From: a virus
Lineage: Duplodnaviria; Caudoviricetes
Strand: one strand, 5' to 3'
IMG/VR virus record: IMGVR_UViG_2706795930_000001
Coordinates: 1 to 64,000 of that record
DNA length: 64,000 nt
In this document: one piece after another, positions 48,610 to 57,462 of the stretch
Layout of the letters: every line of letters starts with the position of its first letter
Numbering within the stretch: the stretch's first letter is position 1
Notes under the pieces: model-generated
What the model saw: only the letters and a program-made list of their open reading frames with translations
The model's database searches: none
Told to the model about the DNA's origin: nothing
Made by a program: the position numbers and the translations under genes

Positions 48610-49363
48610 CGGCGCGATGACGCTTGAACTCTCGGGGGCGCACCTCTCGCCGGCGGATGATGATGGTCATGATGAGCGCGATCGCGAGCATCGCACCCAC
48701 TCCGAACCACAGGTAGCGTCCGGTGAGCTTGAACGCCTCAGGGGGCGGCATCGTGTTGTAGACGAAGCCCAGGGTGATGAACTGCTGGCCGACGAGCGTC
48801 ATGATCCCACCGAAGCAGAAGTAGGCGGCGAGAGTGAGCCGCTCCGGGAGGTTGTCGGTCTTGGTGGTGATGCTCGCGTAGATGAAGAAGATGCCGGCCA
48901 TCACGCCGTAGATCCCGAGGGTGACGAAGTAGAGGTTGAGTGCGGCGTCGGATGGAACGAGCCGGTAACTGGGGATCTGTCGATTGCTCGCAATCGGCGA
49001 GATCGCGTAGCAGAGGCTCATCAACCCGATGCCGGCCGCGCCGGACGCAATGATGGACGTGAGCAGATCCTCGCGGTCGAGGGAGACAGCTACGTGACAG
49101 AGCAGCAGGATGCACATCGCGACCGAAATGAGGTCGGACAGCAACTCGGGGAGGTTGGGAAGTCCAGTGAGGGACTGCAAGGCGGGATCGAGAATGCCTT
49201 CGCCGAGTCCGGGACTGAGAAGGATCGAAATGATCGGCACCGTGAATGCCACGGCGGTCATATACCAGGTAGTCCGGTCGCGCCAGTAGAGCACGGCGCG
49301 GGTCGTAGCGATCGTGATCAGAGCCAACAGCACGACCCAGCGAACTGGGTCCTCAGGATTCAA
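48596..49363 (-). CDS. Multi-pass (about 7 TM) membrane protein coupled to the repressor gene
   Basis: Hydrophobic helices, LTGLPNLPELL motif; TTGA overlap with the repressor stop. Confidence 0.75.
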   Translation of the reverse strand: MNPEDPVRWVVLLALITIATTRAVLYWRDRTTWYMTAVAFTVPIISILLSPGLGEGILDPALQSLTGLPNLPELLSDLISVAMCILLLCHVAVSLDREDLLTSIIASGAAGIGLMSLCYAISPIASNRQIPSYRLVPSDAALNLYFVTLGIYGVMAGIFFIYASITTKTDNLPERLTLAAYFCFGGIMTLVGQQFITLGFVYNTMPPPEAFKLTGRYLWFGVGAMLAIALIMTIIIRRREVRPREFKRHRAVTLR

Positions 49364-49743
49364 CTCAAGAACCTCTTTCCTCGTGACCTCTTACGTCCGG
49401 CCGGCTGCTCACCTCGCTCTCGGTCTACAGCGCGGGCAGTCAGCTCCCTGAGCAATGCAACGTCAGGCAGGGATTCAATAGGCTGTTCATTCACCCCCGC
49501 AGTAGCAACTACGTCGTCCATCTCAAGGTGCCCGAGCTCGATGAGCATGAAGCACCGAGAGACATGGAAGTAGTCACACATCACCAGGACCTCTTCGATC
49601 CTGAATCCCTCCCGGCCGGTGATCCTGCGCGAGATCGTCGAGACGTGAACATCCAACGCGTCGGCGATCTCGTTGCGGGTGACCTCCCGGCCCAGCGATC
49701 TAGCAAACACTTCTAGGGATTGCATCGCACCACTCCAATCCAT
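49360..49743 (-). CDS. HTH (XRE-like) immunity repressor candidate
   Basis: VTRNEIADALDVHVSTISRRI; near the integrase; start uncertain. Confidence 0.75.
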   Translation of the reverse strand: MDWSGAMQSLEVFARSLGREVTRNEIADALDVHVSTISRRITGREGFRIEEVLVMCDYFHVSRCFMLIELGHLEMDDVVATAGVNEQPIESLPDVALLRELTARAVDRERGEQPAGRKRSRGKRFLS

Positions 49744-49861
49744 CGTTACATGTGGGTTAAATCTGGAACTCGCCCCACCGGGGCTGTGCGCAAAATCTGT
49801 GACCAGATGTGCACACCTGCACCCGCGAAGGCGCTCCATTATTGCAGGTCAGTGCCACATC

Positions 49862-49890
49862 TTGACACTCGGGTTAACGCAGTGTTCACT
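49862..49890 (+). promoter_or_regulatory. Putative promoter TTGACA-17-TTCACT divergent from the repressor
   Basis: Perfect -35, weak -10. Confidence 0.4.
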
Positions 49891-49968
49891 CTGTGTGCGG
49901 ACCTGCACACCCCCGGCAGGTCGTGCGAGCCCCCTCGCTTGAGCCTTGCCAGAAAGAAGCACAGTTCG

Positions 49969-50184
49969 ATGTCGATCCACCCCCATCTCGCGCCAGAGAC
50001 CCCCGTCACCACGCTGGGCGAGCCCATCCTGCAGAGCACAGAAAACGTAGACGGCGAACTCCTCTTCGTGTTGGAGGTTGGAGACTTGCTTATCGACATG
50101 GATCGTCCCCAGGCCGAATTGCTGTGGTCGCAGATGGGCGCCCTACTCGGCCTTGCGCCGACAGCCGCTCCCGAGGCGGCCTAG
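49969..50184 (+). CDS. Hypothetical protein
   Basis: Isolated rightward ORF followed by a hairpin. Confidence 0.6.
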   Translation: MSIHPHLAPETPVTTLGEPILQSTENVDGELLFVLEVGDLLIDMDRPQAELLWSQMGALLGLAPTAAPEAA

Positions 50185-50200
50185 TAGCGCACACTACAAA

Positions 50201-50258
50201 GCCGGCGGCCAGTTCTGAACCATCCCCGCTTATCGGAGAGTCGGAACCGGCCGCCGGC
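50201..50258. terminator. Hairpin between convergent genes
   Basis: GCCGGCGGCCAGTTC / GAACCGGCCGCCGGC. Confidence 0.55.
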
Positions 50259-50290
50259 CTATTGTGCAGGAAGCTGATGTTAGTTACTTG

Positions 50291-50872
50291 TCAGGACACT
50301 GTGTCTTGGCCCGCATTTGCTGCATCCTCGATGGCCTCAAGCTCTTCAAGGAGTGCGCGCTGAGCCTTGAGTCGGGACTTGCCCAAGGCGAAGAGTCCGG
50401 TGGGAGTGTGCGTAGCGCGGAACTTCGTTCGATCCTCTTCGTCCTTCGCAATGACTATGTCATCAGGATCGACATAGTCGACCGCGTCGAGAGAAGGCCA
50501 TGTTCCATCCTCGTTGCGGGTGATGTAGACACCTTGGTCATACTCGCTCACCCGACCACCCATGCCGGCCGATGGAATCCAGCGAACAACCTCGTGCTCG
50601 GGAAGGCGTCGGTAGCCGGCGTCCCAAAGGGCATCAGCAAGCCGAAGCCACCCGCCATCGGCGAGAAATACTTCAAGGCTCGGCAAGCGGCCACGCGCAG
50701 GTGCCCGCATGTTCTTGAGGCGCTCGTAGAAGAACTCGCGCCCTTCGACCGGCTGAAGAAACGACCCGCCGTCGATGGCCTCGGACTTCGCTTTGGCGAT
50801 CTTCTCCGCGGCGTTGAACTCGATCCTTTTCACCACGCGGCGGTTGGGGTGGCCTTCTACTGGATCGGTCAT
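50291..50872 (-). CDS. Hypothetical protein (weak resemblance to the DUF2744 / mycobacteriophage gp29 family)
   Basis: LWDAGYRRLPEHEVVRWIP. Confidence 0.65.
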   Translation of the reverse strand: MTDPVEGHPNRRVVKRIEFNAAEKIAKAKSEAIDGGSFLQPVEGREFFYERLKNMRAPARGRLPSLEVFLADGGWLRLADALWDAGYRRLPEHEVVRWIPSAGMGGRVSEYDQGVYITRNEDGTWPSLDAVDYVDPDDIVIAKDEEDRTKFRATHTPTGLFALGKSRLKAQRALLEELEAIEDAANAGQDTVS

Positions 50873-51126
50873 CGCCTGCCTCGGCGCGTTTCCATGGCCC
50901 GGTTCACTTGGCGACGCTGCATTGCCTTGAATCGTGCTTCAGCCTCGTCGCGGACCGTGATGTCCACGAGGGTAACCGGGGCACCGGGAGGGTTCTCACT
51001 GCCCCGCACCTCACCGAGGACGTGGCGCTGAGGGAAGCGGAGCGCCTCTTCGATCTGCCCGAGCCTCTCGGCGACAACCGTCAGGAGCGCCAGCACTTCC
51101 CGCTGAAACTCGACATCGGCACCCAT
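50869..51126 (-). CDS. Hypothetical protein
   Basis: Coupled ORF. Confidence 0.65.
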   Translation of the reverse strand: MGADVEFQREVLALLTVVAERLGQIEEALRFPQRHVLGEVRGSENPPGAPVTLVDITVRDEAEARFKAMQRRQVNRAMETRRGRR

Positions 51127-51497
51127 CAGTAGATCTCCAGGGTGGTCAGTGAGACGCCTTGCTGAAGCTCTTCAGCGAGACGGTTCCCCCGCTGGAGTGC
51201 GGCCTCCTGTGTCGTGAATGCCTCACACGGAGTTCCGCCGATGGAGAGGATGTGAACCTTCGGGGAGTCGTAGCTCACCGGAGTGGACGCGTCGACGGCC
51301 TTGTCCATCTCGCGGGAGGCGGACATGATGTCGGCAATGGCCTCGTCGACCGTCCGAGCCCGCGGCTCGACCGGGCCAAGCAGTATGTCGAGATCGTCCA
51401 GGCTATAGGCCGGTGCATGGGTGCCCGGCTGCCGGAAGTAGCCGTCTGGCCACTCCTCCCAGACGCCCCCGAGGCTGTCATCGACAGTGAACGGCAT
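51126..51497 (-). CDS. Hypothetical protein
   Basis: GAAAGG RBS, coupled. Confidence 0.65.
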   Translation of the reverse strand: MPFTVDDSLGGVWEEWPDGYFRQPGTHAPAYSLDDLDILLGPVEPRARTVDEAIADIMSASREMDKAVDASTPVSYDSPKVHILSIGGTPCEAFTTQEAALQRGNRLAEELQQGVSLTTLEIY

Positions 51498-52128
51498 CGC
51501 GCTCGCCTTTCTGAAGAAATGGGTTGGCGCCGATGAGGGGCGGCGCGAGCTGAAGGAATGGTTCGCGGCCGTCGAGCCCGCACGAACTGACGCTGGCCGC
51601 CGTCGCCTGAATGCAGTCGATGAGCACCCGGGCCGGCGACACTGTTGGTCGGATCACCCCGGTTGTGGCGTAGAGGAATCCGAGTGCGAAATCGTCACCG
51701 CTGCCGATCGCGGCGTATTGGCGGTTGGGCTCCATGGCCCCGTGGTCGAGGAGGACGAAGATCCGGCTGCCGACAACCATCAGGAACTCGCCGTTGATGC
51801 CGCTGCTTTCGCCCTCGTACGTCATCATGGGCGGGTTCGTCGTTGCCATGATCGTCTCGGTCACCAGCTGGCCGACGCTTTCGGCCCACTCGATGGTGGG
51901 TTCGCCGTCGTCGGGCAGCGCGGGCAAGACCATTCCGGACAGCCTTGCCGATATGGATGCCTCGCCGGCGATTCCAAGCAGCGCGGGCGTCTCGCTGCCG
52001 AAGATCGGGAACTCGCGGACCTTCGGCGTGCGGTCATAGAACACCACGTCGGTCTCTTCGTATGAGCATGCCCAGTCCGCGGCGATGTACGCCTTCCGGC
52101 CGTCGGTGTAGGCGGCGATGATTGTCAC
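51478..52128 (-). CDS. HslV/proteasome-like Ntn hydrolase
   Basis: M-TIIAA N-terminal Thr, YIAAD, LGIAG, AAIGSGDDFALGFL. Confidence 0.8.
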   Translation of the reverse strand: MTIIAAYTDGRKAYIAADWACSYEETDVVFYDRTPKVREFPIFGSETPALLGIAGEASISARLSGMVLPALPDDGEPTIEWAESVGQLVTETIMATTNPPMMTYEGESSGINGEFLMVVGSRIFVLLDHGAMEPNRQYAAIGSGDDFALGFLYATTGVIRPTVSPARVLIDCIQATAASVSSCGLDGREPFLQLAPPLIGANPFLQKGERDAVHCR

Positions 52129-52490
52129 CAGAGGTCCTCTTCCATGGTGCGAAGCCGGCGGATCAGTCGGAGGTAGTCGTCGAGGTGCAGCACGGCGAGG
52201 TGGAGCGCCGGCCGCCCGCCGACGCCGCGGCGCTTGACAACCAGGGCCGCGGTCTCGGCTTGCGCTCGGTCCTTCTGGTCAGCGAGGCCGTCGAGGAACT
52301 CGCGCCAGTTCGGGCTGGCGACGTCTTTGGTCTGCAGGATGTCCAGGGCCGCCCTCTGGAGATGGATGTCGCCCTGGTCCTCGACGCGACCAGGCCGGGT
52401 CCGACGGGCTTCGTCGAACCCGGCCTCGATCGCTACGGCAAGGACGTCACGTTCATAACGATCCCCCTTGGCCTTGTTGGGGTTGGCCAT
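52125..52490 (-). CDS. Holliday junction resolvase (Hjc-like PD-(D/E)xK)
   Basis: MANPNKAKGDRYERDV...DQGDI...QTK...LVVKRRG. Confidence 0.8.
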   Translation of the reverse strand: MANPNKAKGDRYERDVLAVAIEAGFDEARRTRPGRVEDQGDIHLQRAALDILQTKDVASPNWREFLDGLADQKDRAQAETAALVVKRRGVGGRPALHLAVLHLDDYLRLIRRLRTMEEDLW

Positions 52491-52801
52491 CAGAACGCTT
52501 GCGACGGCGGGAGGCGCCAACCCTCTGGTCGCCAGTCGTCGCTGGGCCCGATCCAGTTCGGTGCGTCCACGGCGGGCGACTCGGGCACGACCATCCAGTA
52601 GGCGCCTCGATCGGCGTCATGGAGAATCTTCGCGAGGACCTCCGGTTTCGGAAAGCCATCGGGGATTCGCGTGTAGCGGTACGGCCGGCCGGCGGACAGA
52701 TCCTCGTCCCGCGTCGCGAGCACGTGCCGAACGAAGTCCCGGAAGATCAGGACGCCTGGGTCGACGACCTCGTCGGGAACGCCGGTCTTGAAGACGTTCA
52801 C
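52490..52801 (-). CDS. Hypothetical protein
   Basis: GGAA-GTG start, coupled. Confidence 0.6.
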   Translation of the reverse strand: MNVFKTGVPDEVVDPGVLIFRDFVRHVLATRDEDLSAGRPYRYTRIPDGFPKPEVLAKILHDADRGAYWMVVPESPAVDAPNWIGPSDDWRPEGWRLPPSQAF

Positions 52802-53232
52802 TTCCGGAGCTCCGCGATCTTCTCGGCCACCGCGCACCAGTCGCCGCCGCGCCTGGCTTCGGCGTACGCCGGGATCTCCTTCGGGTATCCGCCCGGGGCG
52901 ACGATCTTGGCCTCGAAGATGTTGGCCATGCGCCGGTTGTAGTCGGTGCGGATGTTGAAGTACGTCGCGGCGTAGGCGAGCGCGGGGTCCTCGACGAGGA
53001 GCGGACCACCGTTGCCGGAGTTCGTCTGCCCGGCTGCGCACGCGTTGTTCGCGGCGTCCTGCAATGCGCTGAACCGCTCGTGGATCTGCGTGTGCTGCAT
53101 CTCGACGTTGTCGGCGCCGACGACCTGGCCCGCCTTGTCGGCGTATCCGCCGATGATGCCGCAGCCGATCACGAGGGGGAGGAGGCCCGCCGCACCGATG
53201 GATGCGACGGCGACCTTAACGCGGTTCTTCAC
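52798..53232 (-). CDS. Membrane-anchored/secreted protein
   Basis: N-terminal signal or TM segment; AGGAG RBS. Confidence 0.7.
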   Translation of the reverse strand: MKNRVKVAVASIGAAGLLPLVIGCGIIGGYADKAGQVVGADNVEMQHTQIHERFSALQDAANNACAAGQTNSGNGGPLLVEDPALAYAATYFNIRTDYNRRMANIFEAKIVAPGGYPKEIPAYAEARRGGDWCAVAEKIAELRK

Positions 53233-53471
53233 TGGCTCTCCTGGTTCCTGGCGATGGCGGCGTTGCCCCAGAACATCGCCTCTTCGAGATGAGTAATGGC
53301 GAGGGACTTCTCGCGGCCGGGCGGCACGTTCGCGTCGATGAAGTGCGCGACGTGCTTGAGTGTTTCGCGAATGCTCGCGTGGTCGTTGCGCTTCTCGATC
53401 GTGGTGGCCGGGTGGAAGTCGAACCGATGATCGATGTCCTTGGTGCTCACCGAGCTGGCGAAGGTGCTCAT
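53229..53471 (-). CDS. Acb2/Tad1-hairpin family protein (putative immune-signal sponge)
   Basis: RFDFHP...IR....VA..ID..VPPGREKSLAITHLEEAMFWGNAAIAR. Confidence 0.75.
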   Translation of the reverse strand: MSTFASSVSTKDIDHRFDFHPATTIEKRNDHASIRETLKHVAHFIDANVPPGREKSLAITHLEEAMFWGNAAIARNQESQ

Positions 53472-54088
53472 CGAGGCGTTGCCCCTTCGAGGATCTTCTG
53501 AGCACCGTCGACGTCACCCTTGGCGAGCGCTTCCTGTGCGCGCTTCTGGGCGTCGGCGAGGCCCGGGTCGACCGACAGTGAGATCTCGGTCTTCTCGCGT
53601 TGGAACTTGGTCGGCTGGGTCGTGCAGAAGGTCTCCAGGCCGAAGAAGTCGACGTACTCACCGCCCGGGGTGAAGCCGTACCGGTACGGCGGCGGGGAAC
53701 CGTGGTACATGCCGTCGACGGAGCGCGACTCAGCGGTCCAGGGATCGGTGTTGCGGTCGAGGCGCTCCTGGCCGCGGAAGTAGCTCACCGACGAGCTGGT
53801 CAGCTTGCCGCGGATGGGCACAGTGAACAGCGGCGAGCTGTCGTTGGGGAACGAGGCGGAGCACCAGATGATGGTGTTGGGGCTGTCGTACAGCTCCTGC
53901 GCCTGGTTGTAGTTGTTGAACTCGACGTTGTTCTTGGGGATGTAGGCCCCACCGCGCTGGTCGACCTGCTTGTTGACCTTGTCCTGGTCGGACTGCACGG
54001 CTGGGTCACTCGCGCCGGCGCAGGCAGTCATGGTGCCGGCGAGTCCGAGGGCCATCACGCTTGCGATGACCTTGTGCTTCAACTTCAC
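53468..54088 (-). CDS. Lipoprotein
   Basis: Signal peptide ending LAGTMTAC; AAGGAG RBS. Confidence 0.75.
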   Translation of the reverse strand: MKLKHKVIASVMALGLAGTMTACAGASDPAVQSDQDKVNKQVDQRGGAYIPKNNVEFNNYNQAQELYDSPNTIIWCSASFPNDSSPLFTVPIRGKLTSSSVSYFRGQERLDRNTDPWTAESRSVDGMYHGSPPPYRYGFTPGGEYVDFFGLETFCTTQPTKFQREKTEISLSVDPGLADAQKRAQEALAKGDVDGAQKILEGATPR

Positions 54089-54098
54089 TCAGATCTCC

Positions 54099-54620
54099 TT
54101 ATCTGATAACCACGTGGGTTCTGGGCGACAGGACGATCGTCTTCAATCCATGCGGGGTGTTGATGACGATGTGCATGTCGACGTACTTGCGATGCCCAGC
54201 GCTTGGTCGAATCCGCGGGCGGGCTTCGTGAATCACTCCACCGATCTGGCCGACGCGAATCGTCTTGCCGAGGTGCGACTCGTTGAGTTCGCCGGCGGTC
54301 ATGTCGGCGGTGTCCTCGGGTGGACCTTCATCTGGGGCGTCTCCCTCTGCGATTGCGCGGACCCGTTGGAGTGCGCGCTGATACGAGTTCTCGGATGTGT
54401 CTTCGCCGAGTGAAACCCCGGCGATGACAACTCCGATCGGGAGATCGTTGAAGCTCAATGCGTATGCGGCGCAGGGCTGGTGCATGGCGCAGGGCGCGCA
54501 CAGCTTCCTCGCGTAGTTCTGCATCGGGCCCCGGCGAGAGTCGGTGAACCAGCGGTTTCGATCCTCGGCGTCCCGACAGAACGCTCTGGTCATCCAGTCG
54601 GGGTCGTGTGGCTTCGGCAT
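54099..54620 (-). CDS. whiB: WhiB-family transcription factor with a C-terminal extension
   Basis: DWMTRAFC...ARKLCAPCAMHQPCAAYAL (4 Cys). Confidence 0.8.
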   Translation of the reverse strand: MPKPHDPDWMTRAFCRDAEDRNRWFTDSRRGPMQNYARKLCAPCAMHQPCAAYALSFNDLPIGVVIAGVSLGEDTSENSYQRALQRVRAIAEGDAPDEGPPEDTADMTAGELNESHLGKTIRVGQIGGVIHEARPRIRPSAGHRKYVDMHIVINTPHGLKTIVLSPRTHVVIR

Positions 54621-54691
54621 CGTGCGTTCAGCCTATCTCATGAGACACGCAACGCACCGGATCTTGGGAACCGGTGCGCTGCGTAGTTGTC

Positions 54692-55117
54692 TCAGAAGTC
54701 CCAGGGGTCACTGACGACCGTCTGGGTCTGCGCGATGGCGTCCTCATGCTCGATGTCGATGACCAGCGGCGGCCCGGCGGCGCCCTCGAACAGCGACCGA
54801 GACTCCACGACCTTCGCGTTGATCCACAACGTGATCCGGCCGCCCTTGCGCGACTTCGCCGACGACCGGAGGTCTCCGATGCGACGGATGCGGCCTTCCG
54901 CGTTGAGCTGGGCGAACTTCTGGCCGATGGCGTTGCGGCCGGCGGCCGGGACCATGTCGTGCACGTCGTCGGCCGAGAACGGGTAGCCGTAGCCGATGAG
55001 CGACTCCAGTGCGGCGTCGAGGGTCTTCGGCCGGAGCTTGAGCGTGGGATCGATCCAGACGCTCTTGTTCTCTGGCTGGTACTCGATCTTGTCCGGGGCG
55101 GTGAGGGTGGCGGTCAC
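54692..55117 (-). CDS. Hypothetical protein (winged-helix-like)
   Basis: PFSADDV...NAIG..F...IRRIG...S..KSR...LW. Confidence 0.65.
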   Translation of the reverse strand: MTATLTAPDKIEYQPENKSVWIDPTLKLRPKTLDAALESLIGYGYPFSADDVHDMVPAAGRNAIGQKFAQLNAEGRIRRIGDLRSSAKSRKGGRITLWINAKVVESRSLFEGAAGPPLVIDIEHEDAIAQTQTVVSDPWDF

Positions 55118-55407
55118 TGTTCGGCCTTTCGGTCTTGTGCTTCAATCTCCGTGAGTTCGGTGGCGAAGTCCTTGAGCAGCTTGCGAGCGTGCGCATGCGC
55201 ATCGACCAGCCGCTGGCGAGCACGTTCGACCCGGACCTGCTCGATGCGAACGCGGGCGTGCGCCTGGGTGAGGTCGGCGCCGGCTTCGCCGAGCTCGGCC
55301 GCGGCCTCGTCAATGTCGATCTTCGCGTGCGCTTGCTGCGATTTCACCCGCTCCAGATGGTCGGGATCGAGGTTCGGCTGCTTGCGGGCGAGGGGTTTGT
55401 CGCTCAT
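55114..55407 (-). CDS. Hypothetical coiled-coil protein
   Basis: Coupled ORF. Confidence 0.65.
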   Translation of the reverse strand: MSDKPLARKQPNLDPDHLERVKSQQAHAKIDIDEAAAELGEAGADLTQAHARVRIEQVRVERARQRLVDAHAHARKLLKDFATELTEIEAQDRKAEQ

Positions 55408-55715
55408 GGGGTTCCTGTTCGGTCAAGGGATGGGGTTTCACGATCCGGAACACAGCACCCGCAGCATCCGTGGACCTTCTGCCACTCGTTGCCGGTGCGG
55501 TCCCAATACGCGAACTGGTCGGGATCTGGATGGCCCACGCCATGGGCGGGGCATAGGCGCTCGAAGATCGCCCGGTCGTCACGCCAGTGCAGGGGCCAGA
55601 GCCGCATGTGGTGGTCAGACGGGCTATGGATGACGCACCCGCTGGCGCAATCGGGGGCCTCGTCATGGACATTGGCCAAGGTGATCCACCGGGTTGCGAG
55701 TGTCACTTCATTCAC
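55404..55715 (-). CDS. Cys/His-rich conserved phage protein
   Basis: CVIHSPSDHHM..WP..WRDDR.IFER.C..HGVGHPDPD. Confidence 0.75.
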   Translation of the reverse strand: MNEVTLATRWITLANVHDEAPDCASGCVIHSPSDHHMRLWPLHWRDDRAIFERLCPAHGVGHPDPDQFAYWDRTGNEWQKVHGCCGCCVPDRETPSLDRTGTP

Positions 55716-55890
55716 TGGGGACCTCGATCTTCGAGAAGATGGTTCGCAGAGCCTGCTCGATCTCGTCGCGCATGCCGGTGGGTAGGTCGACGCCGATGTT
55801 CATCCAGGCCCAGGTGTCAATGTCATCGGCGACGTCGGAGGCGTACCTGATCGCGTTCCGCCGGATCTCGACCCGGCGCGCCATGTTCAC
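55708..55890 (-). CDS. Hypothetical protein
   Basis: GGAG RBS, coupled. Confidence 0.55.
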   Translation of the reverse strand: MNMARRVEIRRNAIRYASDVADDIDTWAWMNIGVDLPTGMRDEIEQALRTIFSKIEVPSE

Positions 55891-56153
55891 GGGCGCTCCA
55901 TTCGTTCCCAGGCTGCCGGCTCGTCGAGGAGCCGCTTCTGCTCGCCCTGGATCGCGAGGAGTCCTTGCATGAGCGCGGCGGCCGCGGGATTGCCCTGCCG
56001 CGCTTGCTGACCGGCGAGACCCATCATCTTGTTGAAAGCGATGGTCACCGCCAGGTACCGCTCGCGGACCTGTGCGTCGGAGAGGGCGTCCGTGCGGGAG
56101 TGGATGTTCGCGAGGATGTCTGCGCGGATCTCGACCTGGGCGAGGGTAGACAT
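55887..56153 (-). CDS. Hypothetical protein
   Basis: GAGG RBS, coupled. Confidence 0.65.
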   Translation of the reverse strand: MSTLAQVEIRADILANIHSRTDALSDAQVRERYLAVTIAFNKMMGLAGQQARQGNPAAAALMQGLLAIQGEQKRLLDEPAAWERMERP

Positions 56154-56410
56154 CAGGCCTCGCCCCGTGAGGCCATGAAGTGCGCCTCGCTGTAGTTGAC
56201 CACGGTACGGATCGCCCGTGCGGCAGCGTCACGCTCGGGGCCATCCGGGAGCTGCGCGGCGATGGCTGCCACGGTGGACTTCAGGTAGACCAGGAGCAGG
56301 AAGAGCTTCGTGGACTTGACGTCCGGCGGAAGCTGCTCAACGGTCGTCGCGAGCTTCTCGGTATCTTCCCGGCTCAGCCCATGCTCGGTGAGGTCGAAGA
56401 TGTCGGCCAT
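56153..56410 (-). CDS. Hypothetical helical protein
   Basis: AGGAG RBS; LPDGPERDAA. Confidence 0.65.
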   Translation of the reverse strand: MADIFDLTEHGLSREDTEKLATTVEQLPPDVKSTKLFLLLVYLKSTVAAIAAQLPDGPERDAAARAIRTVVNYSEAHFMASRGEA

Positions 56411-56430
56411 GAAAACTCCTGCGGGATATG

Positions 56431-56476
56431 GAAAAGCGCACGCCCGATGCACGCGTTGTGCATCAGGCGTGCGCTT
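56431..56476 (-). terminator. Intrinsic terminator after ssb
   Basis: AAGCGCACGCCCGATGCAC/GTGCATCAGGCGTGCGCTT with a T-tract on the minus strand. Confidence 0.7.
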
Positions 56477-56535
56477 CACTGGTTGGCCTGGCGGGAGGTG
56501 AAAGGAGGAAAGCCCTCCCGCCGCTGGGCCTGGTC

Positions 56536-57099
56536 TCAGAAGGGTGGCTCGTCGGAGCCGCCGCCGAAGCCGCCGCCACCGAACCCGCCGCCGTTGCCGC
56601 CGAAGCCGCCCTGGCTGGCGCCGCCCCACGGGTCGTCTGCGCCCTGCTGCCGGTTCTGCTGGCCGCCGAATCCCTGTTGCGACGCGGCATTCGACACCGA
56701 CTGCTGGCCGAATCCGCCGCCGTTGCCGCCATTCTGGCGGTCGCGCTTCTTCCAGATCTGGAACATGCGAATGGTGATGACGTCCTTCGACCGCTTCCCG
56801 CCGCCGTTCTTGTCTTCCCATTCCTGGGTCTCGATCTCGCCGACGATCTCGATCTGGTCCCCGACGTCGAGGCCCTGGTTGTAGATCGCCTCGGCGGTCT
56901 CGCTCCATGCCTGCAGATTGGCCCACTGGGTGGCCACGGTCTTGTAGTCGCTCCCGTTGTCGCCGGTGCCGGGGTCGACCTTCTTGTTCTTGTTCGACGC
57001 GGCGCGGATCTCCAGGAGGGGAGTGCCGTTCTGGCCGACGTTCTTCGCCTCGGGGTTGCTGACGACGCGGTACGTGTGGTGAATGACGGGCAGAGCCAT
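56536..57099 (-). CDS. ssb: Single-stranded DNA-binding protein
   Basis: OB fold, Gly/Gln-rich linker, DDPW...DEPPF tail. Confidence 0.9.
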   Translation of the reverse strand: MALPVIHHTYRVVSNPEAKNVGQNGTPLLEIRAASNKNKKVDPGTGDNGSDYKTVATQWANLQAWSETAEAIYNQGLDVGDQIEIVGEIETQEWEDKNGGGKRSKDVITIRMFQIWKKRDRQNGGNGGGFGQQSVSNAASQQGFGGQQNRQQGADDPWGGASQGGFGGNGGGFGGGGFGGGSDEPPF

Positions 57100-57114
57100 A
57101 GGTGTTGTCTCCCT

Positions 57115-57381
57115 TTACTTCTTGAAGTGCTGACTGAGCTTGGTGTCCTTGTGGCCGGACCAGACATCGATCTGCGCGCCACTGGCGTCTTTCAGTTCGA
57201 CGACCGGGGCCTGAAGGTGGCCGAGGGCCTTGAGTTTTTCCAGGGCCCCTTCGTCGACCGTGATGTCGATGTACTCGAACTCGATGTTGCGCTTGCGGAG
57301 CCAGTACTTCGTGGCTCTGCATTGCGGACACATCTCGTCCGGTTTGGAGAAAACGGTGACGGTGACTGCTGGGCTGGACAA
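57115..57381 (-). CDS. nrdH: NrdH-like glutaredoxin
   Basis: TVFSKP..CPQCRAT...GHLQAPVV...WSG. Confidence 0.9.
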   Translation of the reverse strand: MSSPAVTVTVFSKPDEMCPQCRATKYWLRKRNIEFEYIDITVDEGALEKLKALGHLQAPVVELKDASGAQIDVWSGHKDTKLSQHFKK

Positions 57382-57462
57382 TTCGCTCCTCGAAACTCTC
57401 TGGGTCCATACCCTAACACGTATGAGACACGCAACAGTGAATCTCGGGAAGCGGTTGAGGGT

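Noticed and set aside
56153-56410. Second Acb2/Tad1-like hairpin (LPDGPERDAA)
   Set aside because: Lacks the conserved L(E/Q)EA..W signature; resemblance too weak.
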